From Chloroflexota bacterium (lineage in GTDB: Bacteria; Chloroflexota; UBA11872; VXOZ01): 64,000 nt of DNA. The notes below the pieces were generated by a model. That model saw only the letters and a list, made by a program, of their open reading frames with translations. It ran no database searches and was not told the origin of the DNA. Both the position numbers and the translations under genes were made by a program. The DNA lies in assembly GCA_963663275.1 (NCBI GenBank), contig OY760183.1, forward strand, positions 1,472,001 through 1,536,000. Reading direction: 5' to 3'. Of this stretch, positions 36,857-45,974 are shown piece by piece. Each line of letters starts with the position of its first letter. Position 1 is the stretch's first letter.

Positions 36857-37294
36857 GTTCCCGATAACCTTGGGCGTAAAAGCTAAAGGGCTAACGCCAG
36901 ATTTCAAGTGGGCAACTGGATAGTCATGGCACTTTGATTCCATCCAGATTTGCTCTGTATGCCTACAATCAAAAGAAGCAACACTTACTTTGGTAGATGA
37001 GATAATCTCGATTCTGCATTTTCGTTACATTTGCTTGTAACGCCTTACCGAATGCCCTCGGGATTCTCTGCGTAGAAACCGAACAGTCGGCTGGCAAAGC
37101 AAAGGAATTGCTTGGTTCTCGCTGTATTGTAAGCTGGCGTTTCCCTCTTCGTTCCTGCCCATTCTTGGCGAGGCATACTCAGGTAGCAGGCCGGTAATGG
37201 GTCACACTTCAAGTGTGCCTATTCGGAGAAACTCTGCTTGGTGTACTGAAATATCATCTAAGGCAACCGTAAGACTGGGTGAACGGAGCGTACG

Positions 37295-38074
37295 TTGGCA
37301 ACTAGTGGTGAACGATCGAGAGTTGGTTGTCACTGGTTCTTGATGACAATCATAGCCTTGCTATTTGGGGGAGCCATAGGTGGAATCATTTTACCGTTTC
37401 TATTCCCAATTCCCTCCCAGTTCATATTACCCCTATCTGTGGTTCTGGCGATACTGGCTGCTATTGCGTCGCCATTCATAGGAATCACAATCTGGCACAT
37501 AAAGGAGGCCTTCCAACGAGTTTTCCCCGATACAGTCTTGTATGAGTGGTTAGCATTTGGACGCAAACCAGGCTATAAACTATGGAGACAAGCGATCTTC
37601 ACCAATGCCGACGGGGAAGCAGAAACTCTGGGAACGTTAGAGCGCAGATATGCGAATGGCGATGTCTTGAATGAGGAGGAGATTTCGGCCTTACACTTGG
37701 CATGGAAGTCCTATATTGAAGCTGGCGGTTACTCATATATCCCTATGTCAATCCCTTTGACCCTCTTGAATCGAACTATGAATCTAGCCGTCAAGCGACT
37801 CTACATGGAAGAATCCGAATTAGAGGAAATGAGGCGTCTCTTGGCGCAACTCAACCGAGGAGCATCGCTGAACGTTAGTGAGATAGACGCGTTGGACTTA
37901 GCAACACAAAAGTACAGGATGTTTGTTCTTGAAGAACTTCCCGATGATGAGAGAGAACTGTTAAATTCAGCGCAGCTCTTCGACCCTGGAAACATGAATG
38001 AAAGTGACCGAAAGAAGGCAAGTCAAAGCGACATTGATCTGCTTGACATGCTGTTTTCAGGGAACCGCTGGTAG
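37295..38074 (+). CDS. Hypothetical membrane protein (two N-terminal TM helices, helical C-terminal domain)
   Basis: Long ORF in AT-rich DNA with two hydrophobic segments, followed by a terminator. Confidence 0.65.
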   Translation: MATSGERSRVGCHWFLMTIIALLFGGAIGGIILPFLFPIPSQFILPLSVVLAILAAIASPFIGITIWHIKEAFQRVFPDTVLYEWLAFGRKPGYKLWRQAIFTNADGEAETLGTLERRYANGDVLNEEEISALHLAWKSYIEAGGYSYIPMSIPLTLLNRTMNLAVKRLYMEESELEEMRRLLAQLNRGASLNVSEIDALDLATQKYRMFVLEELPDDERELLNSAQLFDPGNMNESDRKKASQSDIDLLDMLFSGNRW

Positions 38075-38161
38075 ATGTGCCTCAATAGTCCGATTACTGA
38101 GCGAGGAGAATTGGAAGGGAACGATATACCTAGCTAGATAATCTCCCTCCAGTCAGATTCA

Positions 38162-38190
38162 AAAAGCCCCGTGTTCAGCGCGGGGCTTTT
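38162..38190. terminator. Bidirectional intrinsic terminator
   Basis: aaaagccccg-tgttcagcg-cggggctttt with T-runs on both strands. Confidence 0.75.
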
Positions 38191-38239
38191 GCTATTCTTT
38201 CGTTCGCTACCACACCGCTGTTTAACGTACAATTGCCTG

Positions 38240-38350
38240 TGCCTAGAGTCTACTTTGTGTATAACCCCCGGCCATGTTGCCACATGGTTCAGGGAGCACG
38301 GTGTAGCCGTTTGTCCCCTTGTGGGGTTGTGCATAGGTGGACTCTAGGCA
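38240..38350 (+). ncRNA. Candidate structured RNA or cis-regulatory leader (three-way junction)
   Basis: 28-bp closing stem with five G-U pairs and two inner hairpins; TACAAT -10 at 38228-38233. Confidence 0.5.
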
Positions 38351-38385
38351 AGTTACACCACTCATCTCCTACAAGGGGGCATTTC

Positions 38386-38643
38386 ATGTTCAGGATAGTA
38401 GTACTTCTTACCGTATCTTTTGCGATGCAAGTGCTGAGAGTGCTTGTTTTCAGCATCGCAGTCGGTATAGTTGCAGGCTTGATAGCCCTGTTGTTTGGCA
38501 AGCCAGCACTGGAGTGGGCTTCCAACTCAGCAGGGTTTGTCTTTTTCTGGGGGTTCATCTGGTGTCTAGTGCAAGTTACTCGTGCGGCTGTTGCTTGTTT
38601 TAGGGCAATCGCAGCACAAGAGTTGCCAGATGCTAAACCTTGA
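38386..38643 (+). CDS. Small hydrophobic membrane protein (85 aa)
   Basis: ATG preceded by aaggggg; mostly hydrophobic sequence. Confidence 0.55.
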   Translation: MFRIVVLLTVSFAMQVLRVLVFSIAVGIVAGLIALLFGKPALEWASNSAGFVFFWGFIWCLVQVTRAAVACFRAIAAQELPDAKP

Positions 38644-38809
38644 GGATGTCTCCGTAGCCGGCTTCCTGCAAGGACGTTCGCGCCTCTTCGTGTGCGCGTT
38701 CTACTTCCTGCAACTCGTCGATGATCTGCTTCATCTCATCCACGTCCAGGGCGCTGAACGGGATCCGCTGCTTGTGTGCCACGAAGCCTGCTGGCTGCGC
38801 GACGTGCAC
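38633..38809 (-). CDS. Short acidic helical ORF or gene fragment (58 aa, below the ORF-track cutoff)
   Basis: VHVAQPAGFVAHKQRIPFSALDVDEMKQIIDELQEVERAHEEARTSLQEAGYGDILKV with coding-like GC3 bias. Confidence 0.35.
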   Translation of the reverse strand: MHVAQPAGFVAHKQRIPFSALDVDEMKQIIDELQEVERAHEEARTSLQEAGYGDILKV

Positions 38810-38842
38810 AATGGGAGAATGCCCACGGCCGGGATATTCCGT

Positions 38843-39601
38843 ATGATGAAACGCATCGCATTACTGTTACTCATTGTAGCAGCTTGGTTGCTCACCCCCA
38901 CAGTCCACGCATCCGATCATTGCCAGTTCGTGCTTGGCTTCAAGGAAACCAGAGACAGCTACTATCACGAGTATTACGGCGAGTGCCTGGAAAACGAGCG
39001 GCCCACCTCGTACGGTGCCACCCAACGCACCACCAAGGGCGTGTTCCACCGGTACAGGGACCGTGGCTACATCACTTTCATTCCCAATGCCGCGCCCACC
39101 CCTGAACCAACCGTAGTCCCAACACCCACGCCGATTCCTGAGCCATACATCGATCCCAGGCTGGAATCTGCCATCAGAGTGATGCGTACAACGGAGATAG
39201 GTGAGCTCATGTGGCAGTATTTTCTCCATTCCGGCGCGGACGCGACATTTGCGGATCTCCCCGAGCGCAGGCACGGCGAATACTCGTCTACGAACCACGA
39301 GGTCAGAGTGGCGTCACGCGCACGGCATGATCTGCCCTTTGTTGCCGCTATTTTGGTGCACGAGATTGCCCATGCGTGGATCAGTGCACACGCTGAAGAG
39401 AAATATCTCGGCGTTGAGGGATGTTTTGAGGAGGAGGAACTCGCATTCAAATTGGAAATGCGCTGGTGGCTGGAATACTACGGCAGGGGTGGCAAGGACG
39501 GGAGCCACAGCCAAGATCAGCTTCTGACGCATTACCTCAATAGCACACCGGGCGACTGGGTGCACTCTAACGAGGACTACCAAGAACAATGCGCCGCGTG
39601 A
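38843..39601 (+). CDS. Secreted protein: CQFVLGF domain, Pro/Thr linker and HExxH metallopeptidase-like domain
   Basis: Signal peptide MMKRIALLLL...VHA; CQFVLGF...GECLENE; PTPEPTVVPTPTP; LVHEIAH...EEELA. Confidence 0.7.
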   Translation: MMKRIALLLLIVAAWLLTPTVHASDHCQFVLGFKETRDSYYHEYYGECLENERPTSYGATQRTTKGVFHRYRDRGYITFIPNAAPTPEPTVVPTPTPIPEPYIDPRLESAIRVMRTTEIGELMWQYFLHSGADATFADLPERRHGEYSSTNHEVRVASRARHDLPFVAAILVHEIAHAWISAHAEEKYLGVEGCFEEEELAFKLEMRWWLEYYGRGGKDGSHSQDQLLTHYLNSTPGDWVHSNEDYQEQCAA

Positions 39602-39825
39602 GGTAAGACTGCTAGAATAAAACACAAGATCGAGACAGGCATCTCGACCTTGTACAACACCATCAAACACCTTGAGGAGATCTGATATGTCTATTGTAGC
39701 AGGCCGCAAGCCGCGCGGCAAAACCCTTGATATCGATAGACTTGGACAGTCAACAAACGACAAAAAGAACCATAAGGAATGCAAAACCTTTCACATAGAA
39801 ATTCACGGGGACTGGAACATAGAGG

Positions 39826-40557
39826 CTATTGTTGTGGAGCAATCATTCCGCTGAGTAAGGGGACATTGTAGAAGTCTCCTAACCAAACACTTGCATCTTT
39901 ATCGTCCGAGCATCCCCAATATCCATATGCAAATACACCCTCTTGTACAATCCTCATGTTAGTCATTGGATGCTTGTACCGCTCTTCAAAGAATTCTACC
40001 CTATCCGAATCTATGCCGATCTGCGAGATCTCTGCTTGCACGCTATAGTTCTCGGGAACCTTATAGCCTTTCTCGTAAAAGAATAGTCCGCGAATTATTC
40101 TGTCCGCAACACGGTTAATCCTATCCGTCTCCGGGGTGCTAATTAGGAGAGTGCGGTCTGGAATCAGCAAGTTTCCCCTTGTGATTACGGGCACTTCGGT
40201 CAGTTCGCTCAGCAGTTTGCGGGCAAGCCCACCATGCCCACCCCGGAACTTTGTACCAAGTCGGTCAAGCAACTCATCTTGTTTTCGTTCGAGAAGCTGC
40301 TTGCTGCACGTTGATAGCTGCAATAAACCGTTTGTCACCATCCCATTTGCTGCATTAACAACGTCATATGCAAAATATTCATCGTCCTTTGCCAGGCCCT
40401 GACACTTCTCGCAAGAAGGAACAGTTATCATGACTCTGGGAAATGGCCTTAGAAAAACACACTTTGGAGGGATGTGGTCTCTAGTTGCTGGGTCTTCGGC
40501 ACCACAATACGCGCATTGACTCTTCACTGCTACTCTCTCCTCTTCTGTGGCTCCCAT
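39826..40557 (-). CDS. HNH-endonuclease-like Zn-finger protein
   Basis: CAYCG...TRDHIPPK...TVPSCEKC. Confidence 0.7.
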   Translation of the reverse strand: MGATEEERVAVKSQCAYCGAEDPATRDHIPPKCVFLRPFPRVMITVPSCEKCQGLAKDDEYFAYDVVNAANGMVTNGLLQLSTCSKQLLERKQDELLDRLGTKFRGGHGGLARKLLSELTEVPVITRGNLLIPDRTLLISTPETDRINRVADRIIRGLFFYEKGYKVPENYSVQAEISQIGIDSDRVEFFEERYKHPMTNMRIVQEGVFAYGYWGCSDDKDASVWLGDFYNVPLLSGMIAPQQ

Positions 40558-40658
40558 ACTTCCAAGTCAATCAGTTCTTTTGTCTATGACCCCACAACGT
40601 TCGACCTGATGTGACTTGCTCTACGACCAACTAACACTAGAGTGAAGAATGACACGTA

Positions 40659-40910
40659 TCATGAAGAGAGAATAAGGACATCTTCCTCGGCGGTTACGTG
40701 CTCGATCAGGGCTTTCTCAATAGGTATGCCTTCCGCATCGAGCCGGCTGAGCAGCCGATCGAGGTTCGTGTCGCTTCCCACGACGGTCCGGTTGAGGATT
40801 GCGACCCACTGTTCGGGATACTGTTGGAGAAGCTCCTCGTAGCGAGACTCGTAGTAATCGACGTCTTGCTGAAAGCGGGCGAGGCTTTTTTGCTGGTTCT
40901 CTGAGGTCAT
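40659..40910 (-). CDS. DUF5678-like small protein
   Basis: YEELLQQYPEQWVAI...VVGSD; RBS aggagg. Confidence 0.65.
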   Translation of the reverse strand: MTSENQQKSLARFQQDVDYYESRYEELLQQYPEQWVAILNRTVVGSDTNLDRLLSRLDAEGIPIEKALIEHVTAEEDVLILSS

Positions 40911-41054
40911 TGCGGGGCGCCTCCTAAGTTGCTCTCTACCTAAAGTACCACAGTACTTTGTGGTCATTCCATGCTCTTGCCCACATCCGCCGTAATTCTG
41001 TACTGTAGGTGCAGAAAGTCCTATTGAGCGCGTGTGGACTCGTGGAGCGGCCTG

Positions 41055-41726
41055 ATGGCGGCGGATACCCCTGAGCAAATCCTGGAAGCAATCGGCGCGG
41101 AGGTGCGGGCGTGCGCGGCGTGCCGGTTGTGCGAGCAGCGGACCAAGGCGGTGCCGGGCGAGGGGGAGATCAAGAGCGGCATCATGTTCATCGGCGAGGG
41201 GCCGGGGTTTCACGAAGACAGGCAGGGGCGGCCGTTCGTGGGGCAGGCCGGCAAGCTGTTGGAGGAGATGCTGGCCGCGGTGGGCTTGCGGCGGGAGCAG
41301 GTGTTCATCACCAACGTGGTCAAGTGCCGTCCGCCCGGCAACCGGGACCCGCAACCGGACGAAATCGCCGCCTGCGACGCTTACCTGGAACGCCAGCTTG
41401 CCGCTGTCGCGCCGCGCATCGTGGTGACGCTGGGGCGCTTTTCGTTGGCGAAGTTCTTCCCCGGCGCGAAGATTTCCGCCGTGCACGGCGAGCCGAAGTT
41501 CGCCGATGGCCGCGCCTACGTGCCCTTCTACCATCCCGCGGCCGGCCTGCGCACCCCCGCCATCAAGGAGATGCTGTTCGAGGACGTGCAGAAACTGCCC
41601 GCCATCGCGCGGCGTCTCAAGGAGTTGCGGGAGCAGGGGTATTTCGACCGGCGGGAGGCGGAAACTGAGGCCGCGGACGCGCCCACCGCGGACGAACCCG
41701 ACGACGCGCAACTGAGTCTCTTCTAG
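41055..41726 (+). CDS. Family-4 uracil-DNA glycosylase (Fe-S)
   Basis: CAACRLC, GEGPG, GRPFVG, VKCRPPGNR, YHPAA. Confidence 0.92.
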   Translation: MAADTPEQILEAIGAEVRACAACRLCEQRTKAVPGEGEIKSGIMFIGEGPGFHEDRQGRPFVGQAGKLLEEMLAAVGLRREQVFITNVVKCRPPGNRDPQPDEIAACDAYLERQLAAVAPRIVVTLGRFSLAKFFPGAKISAVHGEPKFADGRAYVPFYHPAAGLRTPAIKEMLFEDVQKLPAIARRLKELREQGYFDRREAETEAADAPTADEPDDAQLSLF

Positions 41727-41740
41727 CCGCCGGTCGCGGC

Positions 41741-41961
41741 CCCCTCACCCTAACCCTCTCCCCCCGTGGAGAGGGAACTGGAGGCGCCCTGCCGGAGGGC
41801 GCCCCCTCACCTTGGCCCTCTCCCGCCGTGGAGAGGGAACCGGAGGCGGCCCGGCGGAGGGCGCCCCCTCACCCTAACCCTCTCCCGCCGTGGAGAGGGA
41901 ACCGGAGGCGGCCCGGCGGAGGGCGCCCCCTCACCCTAACCCTCTCCCTCTGGGGAGAGGG
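41741..41961. repeat. Tandem array of 4 x 62-bp family-A REP units
   Basis: cccctcacc starts at 41741, 41803, 41865 and 41927. Confidence 0.85.
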
Positions 41962-42168
41962 AACCGGACTTGCCCCGCCGGGGCGCGCATCACCTTGACA
42001 AGACTGGTTTACGCGCGCTACCATGCATTCCAAGCCGCCCGGGAGTTGCGGCGCGGGCCGTGTTCTCCGTCGGATGACGGCGGGCGCGGCGGCAGCGGCG
42101 TTCCCTCATCGTGGTGGCGGCGGTGCGTATCAGGCATAGCGCCCTTTGGGGCGGGAGGTACATTTCCG

Positions 42169-43563
42169 ATGGAGAATCGTACTGGATTCCACACGACACG
42201 GCGGCGGCTGCTGGCTGGCGGCGGGGCCGCGGCGGGAGCGATCGTTTTGGCCGCGTGCGGCCAGGCCGGCATGGCGGCGCCAGCGGACGCGCCTGCGGCT
42301 GAAGAGAAGGAAGCGGAGGCCATGCCCGAGGCCGAGTCGTTGCCCGTCAACTTCTGGGCCATCGACATGGGCGGCAGCAACTGGGTGGAAGGCATTGGCG
42401 AGCAGATCGTGGCCGAGTACCACGAAGCCAATCCCAACGAAAGCGTCAACGTGATCGTCACCACCTACGGCGACACGATCAACAAACTGCCCACGGTGGT
42501 GGCCGGCGGCATTCCGCCTGACATCTCGTACATCGACGCCTATCTGCCGAAAGACTTCGGCGTGCGCGGCATTGCCGCCGACATCACGAACTACGTCAAG
42601 GCCTCCACGGTGATCGACGTGGACGACTACTATCCGCGCGTGGTCTTCGACTCGACCTACCGCGGCCACTGGTTCGGCCTGCCCTGGGCGCCCACGGTCT
42701 TTACCTACTTCTACAACAAGGACGTCTTCGTGGAAGTGGGCCTGGACCCGGACAGCGGCCCGGCGAACTGGGACGAACTGGACGCGGCCATCCAGCAGAC
42801 GCTGAAGAAAGAGGGCGACAACATCGAGCGTCTCGGCTTCTGGTACGGCAATAGCTCGCTGGTCTGGTGGCTGGTGCCGTTCTGGCAGCAGGGCGGCCGC
42901 CTGCTCAGCGAAGACGAGCTGGAGTCGACGATCGACAACGAGATGATGGAGACCGCCTTCAACCTGACCCTGCGCTTCTTCGACCTGCAGGGCGGGCTGG
43001 ACGCCATGAACGCCTTCAAGGGCGACGAGCGGCATCAACACCTCTTCTCCACCGGCCGTTGCGCCATGTGGACCGACGTGATGAACATCACCCGGTTCGA
43101 GGCGTACGAGGAGGCCTTCGCCAAGATCACCGTTGGCGTGGATACCTACCCGGTGGCTGAGGGCGGTTCGCCGGCGGCCTATCGCGGCGGCGGCGCGCAC
43201 CTGATGCCGGAAGGCTCCAACAACCCGGACGGCGCGTTCAGTTTCCTGGAGTGGCTCTTCCTGGAGCCGAACGACCGCCGCTTCAACGACGTGCGCGACA
43301 GCCTGCCGGCGCGGCGATCGGTGGCCCAGAGCGAGGAATTCACCCAGGGCGACCCGCTGCGCATCCAGGGCGCCCGCGAGATGGACGGCGCCCAGTGGGT
43401 GGTGAGCGCCCCCGGCGGACGCCGCATCATCGGCATCCACGTGCGCATGGCCAGCTCGATCTGGAAGCGCGAGAAGACTGTGCCGGAAGCGTTGGCCGAC
43501 GGCAACGCCGAGGTGCAACTGGCGCTGGATGAGGCGCTGGAGAACTCGGTGGTGGATTTCTAG
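42169..43563 (+). CDS. ABC transporter sugar-binding lipoprotein (Tat-like signal plus lipobox), orphan
   Basis: TRRRLLAGG...LAAC; PPDI, YNKD, PANWDEL; no permease genes adjacent. Confidence 0.85.
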   Translation: MENRTGFHTTRRRLLAGGGAAAGAIVLAACGQAGMAAPADAPAAEEKEAEAMPEAESLPVNFWAIDMGGSNWVEGIGEQIVAEYHEANPNESVNVIVTTYGDTINKLPTVVAGGIPPDISYIDAYLPKDFGVRGIAADITNYVKASTVIDVDDYYPRVVFDSTYRGHWFGLPWAPTVFTYFYNKDVFVEVGLDPDSGPANWDELDAAIQQTLKKEGDNIERLGFWYGNSSLVWWLVPFWQQGGRLLSEDELESTIDNEMMETAFNLTLRFFDLQGGLDAMNAFKGDERHQHLFSTGRCAMWTDVMNITRFEAYEEAFAKITVGVDTYPVAEGGSPAAYRGGGAHLMPEGSNNPDGAFSFLEWLFLEPNDRRFNDVRDSLPARRSVAQSEEFTQGDPLRIQGAREMDGAQWVVSAPGGRRIIGIHVRMASSIWKREKTVPEALADGNAEVQLALDEALENSVVDF

Positions 43564-43592
43564 GCTGCCGGATTCTGAGAGACGACGAGAGG

Positions 43593-43641
43593 ACGCTCTC
43601 CACGACCGGCGTGGCGCCGGTCGTGGAGAGCGTTTCTTTTT
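43593..43641 (+). terminator. Intrinsic terminator after the solute-binding protein gene
   Basis: 19-bp stem acgctctccacgaccggcg/cgccggtcgtggagagcgt followed by ttcttttt. Confidence 0.75.
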
Positions 43642-44030
43642 CCGGTAAGCGCCGTTTTTCTTGTCGGGAAAGCTCATGCGGCGCCATTGGGAACGAGATC
43701 CGCCCTCTGCGCGTCAAGAGGCGGGGGACAAGCCCCCGCGCTACGCTGATGGGATGGTGTTGGCGCACGCCTTGCCCGCTGCCGTTCACGCTTCGACGCG
43801 CTCAGCGCGAACGGAAGTGGGCGCGCCATGAAGGTAGAGCGACTGTCACAATGCCCCACAATTCCGGTAGCGCAGGTTTGTAACCTGCGTCTGCTGACTT
43901 GGACGCCGTTCCAAGTGCACTGGCGGGGGACAAGCCCCCGCGCTACGCTGATGGGATGGTTTGGCGCGCGCCGCCGGCGTGCTATACTGCCCGTAGCATC
44001 CGCCCAACCCCACCAAGCCGGAAGTCCGCT

Positions 44031-45560
44031 ATGGTCGTTGCCGATCCCACTGTGGCCCTGACGGAAGCGTTGCGTGAAGAAGACGTCGCGCAGCTTTGGC
44101 AGGCGTCTCCCTGGGGCGCGCGGCTTCTCACCACCACGGGCGGCGAGCGAATCCAGGTGGTCTATCCGGGGCGGCGCAACCTGGGGCCGGGGCCGGATTT
44201 CCTGGACGCCATCATCGCGCTGGAGGGGCGGCGGCTGCGGCACGGCCACGTGGAAGTCCATACGGCCGCCTCCGCGTGGCGCGCCCACGGCCACGCGGCG
44301 GACCCGGCGTATGACCGCGTGATCCTGCACGTGGTCTGGGAGGACGACGGCCCGGTGGCGGGCGGGCCGCTGCGCACGCTGGCGCTGGCTGAGCACTTCG
44401 GCGGCAGCTTTCCGGAACAGTACGCGGCGCAATCGCTCCCCACGTTCCAGCCGTGCGCGGACCTCCACACCAAGGCCGACGCCATGACCGTCGGCATGCT
44501 CTTCGCCGCGCTGGGCGAACGGCGGTTACGCGCGAAAGCGGAGCGGCTGCGGGCGGCTATCGACCACCAGGGGCCGGAGCAGGCGCTCTACGCCGCGCTG
44601 CTGGACGCGCTGGGCTACAGCCGGAACCGCGAGCCGTTCCGCCAGCTCAGCGAGGGCTTGCCGTGGCCGGTGGCAGCGGCGTTCCTGCACGGCAAGCGCG
44701 GCGCGGCGCAATACGGCGAGGCGCTCTTCCTCGGCGCGGCGGGTCTCTTGCCCTCCCAACGCGGCAACGGCCCGGGTGGGGGCATGACCGCGAATGGGAA
44801 CACGACCGGGCGTGGGGGCGTGACCCGGGGTGGCGGCGTGACCCGGGGTGGCGGTGAGACCAGGGGTGGCGGCACGACCCGGGGTGGCGGCACGACCCGG
44901 GGTGGCGGCACGACATGTCGTGCCCCTACCGCTGGTGAGGACGCCTACGCGGCGGCGCTTGAACGGCGGTGGCGGGAATTGCGCGTGGAACCGGTCGTTT
45001 CCGCGTCGGCTTGGGATCGGCGCGGCGCGCGGCCCGCCAACGCGCCGGCGCGGCGGGTGGCGGCGGCCGGGATTCTCTGCGCCCGGCTCGCCCAGATGGG
45101 TCCGGTGGCAGCCTGCCTGGCGCTCCACCAAGAAGCGGATCCGCCGCAGACGCTCAGGCAAGCGGTCGCGGCGTTTGCGCTGCCGGCGTCCGCCTCGGAT
45201 TATTGGGCGGCCCACTGGGACGTGGGCGTGCCCATGCGCGGCGCGCCGCAGAGTCTCATCGGCGCGGAACGCGCCCGCGAGATGCTCGTGAACGTGGTGC
45301 TGCCGTTCGTGATTGCCTACGGCGAAATATCCGGCGACGGCGGGCTGGCCGACTGGGCAATCACGCTCTTCCGCCGCGCGCCGGGCGCCGGGGCGAACCG
45401 CCTGGTGCGGGCCATGCGCGACGACGTGTTCGGCCTGCCGCCAAAGTTCACGCCCCTGACCGCCGCGCGCCAGCAGGGGCTGCTGCACGTCTACCACGCC
45501 TGGTGCCGGGAGAAGCGCTGCGACACGTGCGCCGTGGGGAAATTCCTCGCGAAGGAGTAG
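44031..45560 (+). CDS. DUF2851 family protein with an in-frame repeat/REP insertion
   Basis: VVYPG..N...GPDF, GHVEVH, W.AHGH..DPAY..VILHVVW, QQGLLH, C...C..C. Confidence 0.8.
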   Translation: MVVADPTVALTEALREEDVAQLWQASPWGARLLTTTGGERIQVVYPGRRNLGPGPDFLDAIIALEGRRLRHGHVEVHTAASAWRAHGHAADPAYDRVILHVVWEDDGPVAGGPLRTLALAEHFGGSFPEQYAAQSLPTFQPCADLHTKADAMTVGMLFAALGERRLRAKAERLRAAIDHQGPEQALYAALLDALGYSRNREPFRQLSEGLPWPVAAAFLHGKRGAAQYGEALFLGAAGLLPSQRGNGPGGGMTANGNTTGRGGVTRGGGVTRGGGETRGGGTTRGGGTTRGGGTTCRAPTAGEDAYAAALERRWRELRVEPVVSASAWDRRGARPANAPARRVAAAGILCARLAQMGPVAACLALHQEADPPQTLRQAVAAFALPASASDYWAAHWDVGVPMRGAPQSLIGAERAREMLVNVVLPFVIAYGEISGDGGLADWAITLFRRAPGAGANRLVRAMRDDVFGLPPKFTPLTAARQQGLLHVYHAWCREKRCDTCAVGKFLAKE

Positions 45561-45602
45561 CGGAGTTGGCGGTGTGAAAACGGCGCTCTCGATGTCCCCC
45601 AC

Positions 45603-45912
45603 CTCCGGTAGCGCAGGTTTGTAACCTGCGTCCGTTGCAAGTTTGCATGAGCGGGAAACCGGAGGCGGGGGACAAGCCCCCGCGCTACGTTACTGCTCAC
45701 ACGATGCGCCGCACTTCCGGTAGCGCAGGTTTGTAACCTGCGCCCGTTGCAAGTTTGCATGAGCGGGAAACCGGAGGCGGGGGACAAGCCCCCGCGCTAC
45801 GCGCCTGCTCGCTCAGTGTGCCTCAACTCCGGTAGCGCAGGTTTGCAACCTGCGCCCGTTGCAAGTTTGCATGAGCGGGAAACTGGAGGCGGGGGACAAG
45901 CCCCCGCGCTAC
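45603..45912. repeat. 3 x 112-bp composite units (family-C REP, linker, inverted family-B REP)
   Basis: GTAG at 45608, 45720 and 45832; CTAC ending at 45688, 45800 and 45912. Confidence 0.9.
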
Positions 45913-45974
45913 GGTTCAACAGGGATGCTCGCAGGCGCGCGGGCAAGAGCGCGCTGGCTATCCGATCCTGGGCG

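Larger units (their letters stand above)
36402..41022. mobile_element. AT-richer accessory island between dapA and udg
   Basis: Abrupt drop in GC and absence of host REPs; agaaagtcct repeated at 36402-36411 and 41013-41022; no integrase seen. Confidence 0.55.

Noticed and set aside
37192-37227. Hairpin with a TTCAA loop resembling a tRNA T-arm
   Set aside because: The loop is 5 nt and no cloverleaf or acceptor stem can be built
38240-38350. Integron attC interpretation of the hairpin (AAC...GTT present)
   Set aside because: The fold is branched, the G-T pairs favour the top strand rather than the bottom strand, and no integron integrase is present
38582-38842. N-terminal 87 aa of the 339-aa ORF
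   Set aside because: The signal peptide starts at ATG 38843; the upstream part is more likely the antisense of a short minus-strand ORF
45603-45912. Repeat-spacer pattern resembling CRISPR
   Set aside because: The repeat (~86 bp) is too long and is built from two REPs; the joins are partly similar to each other
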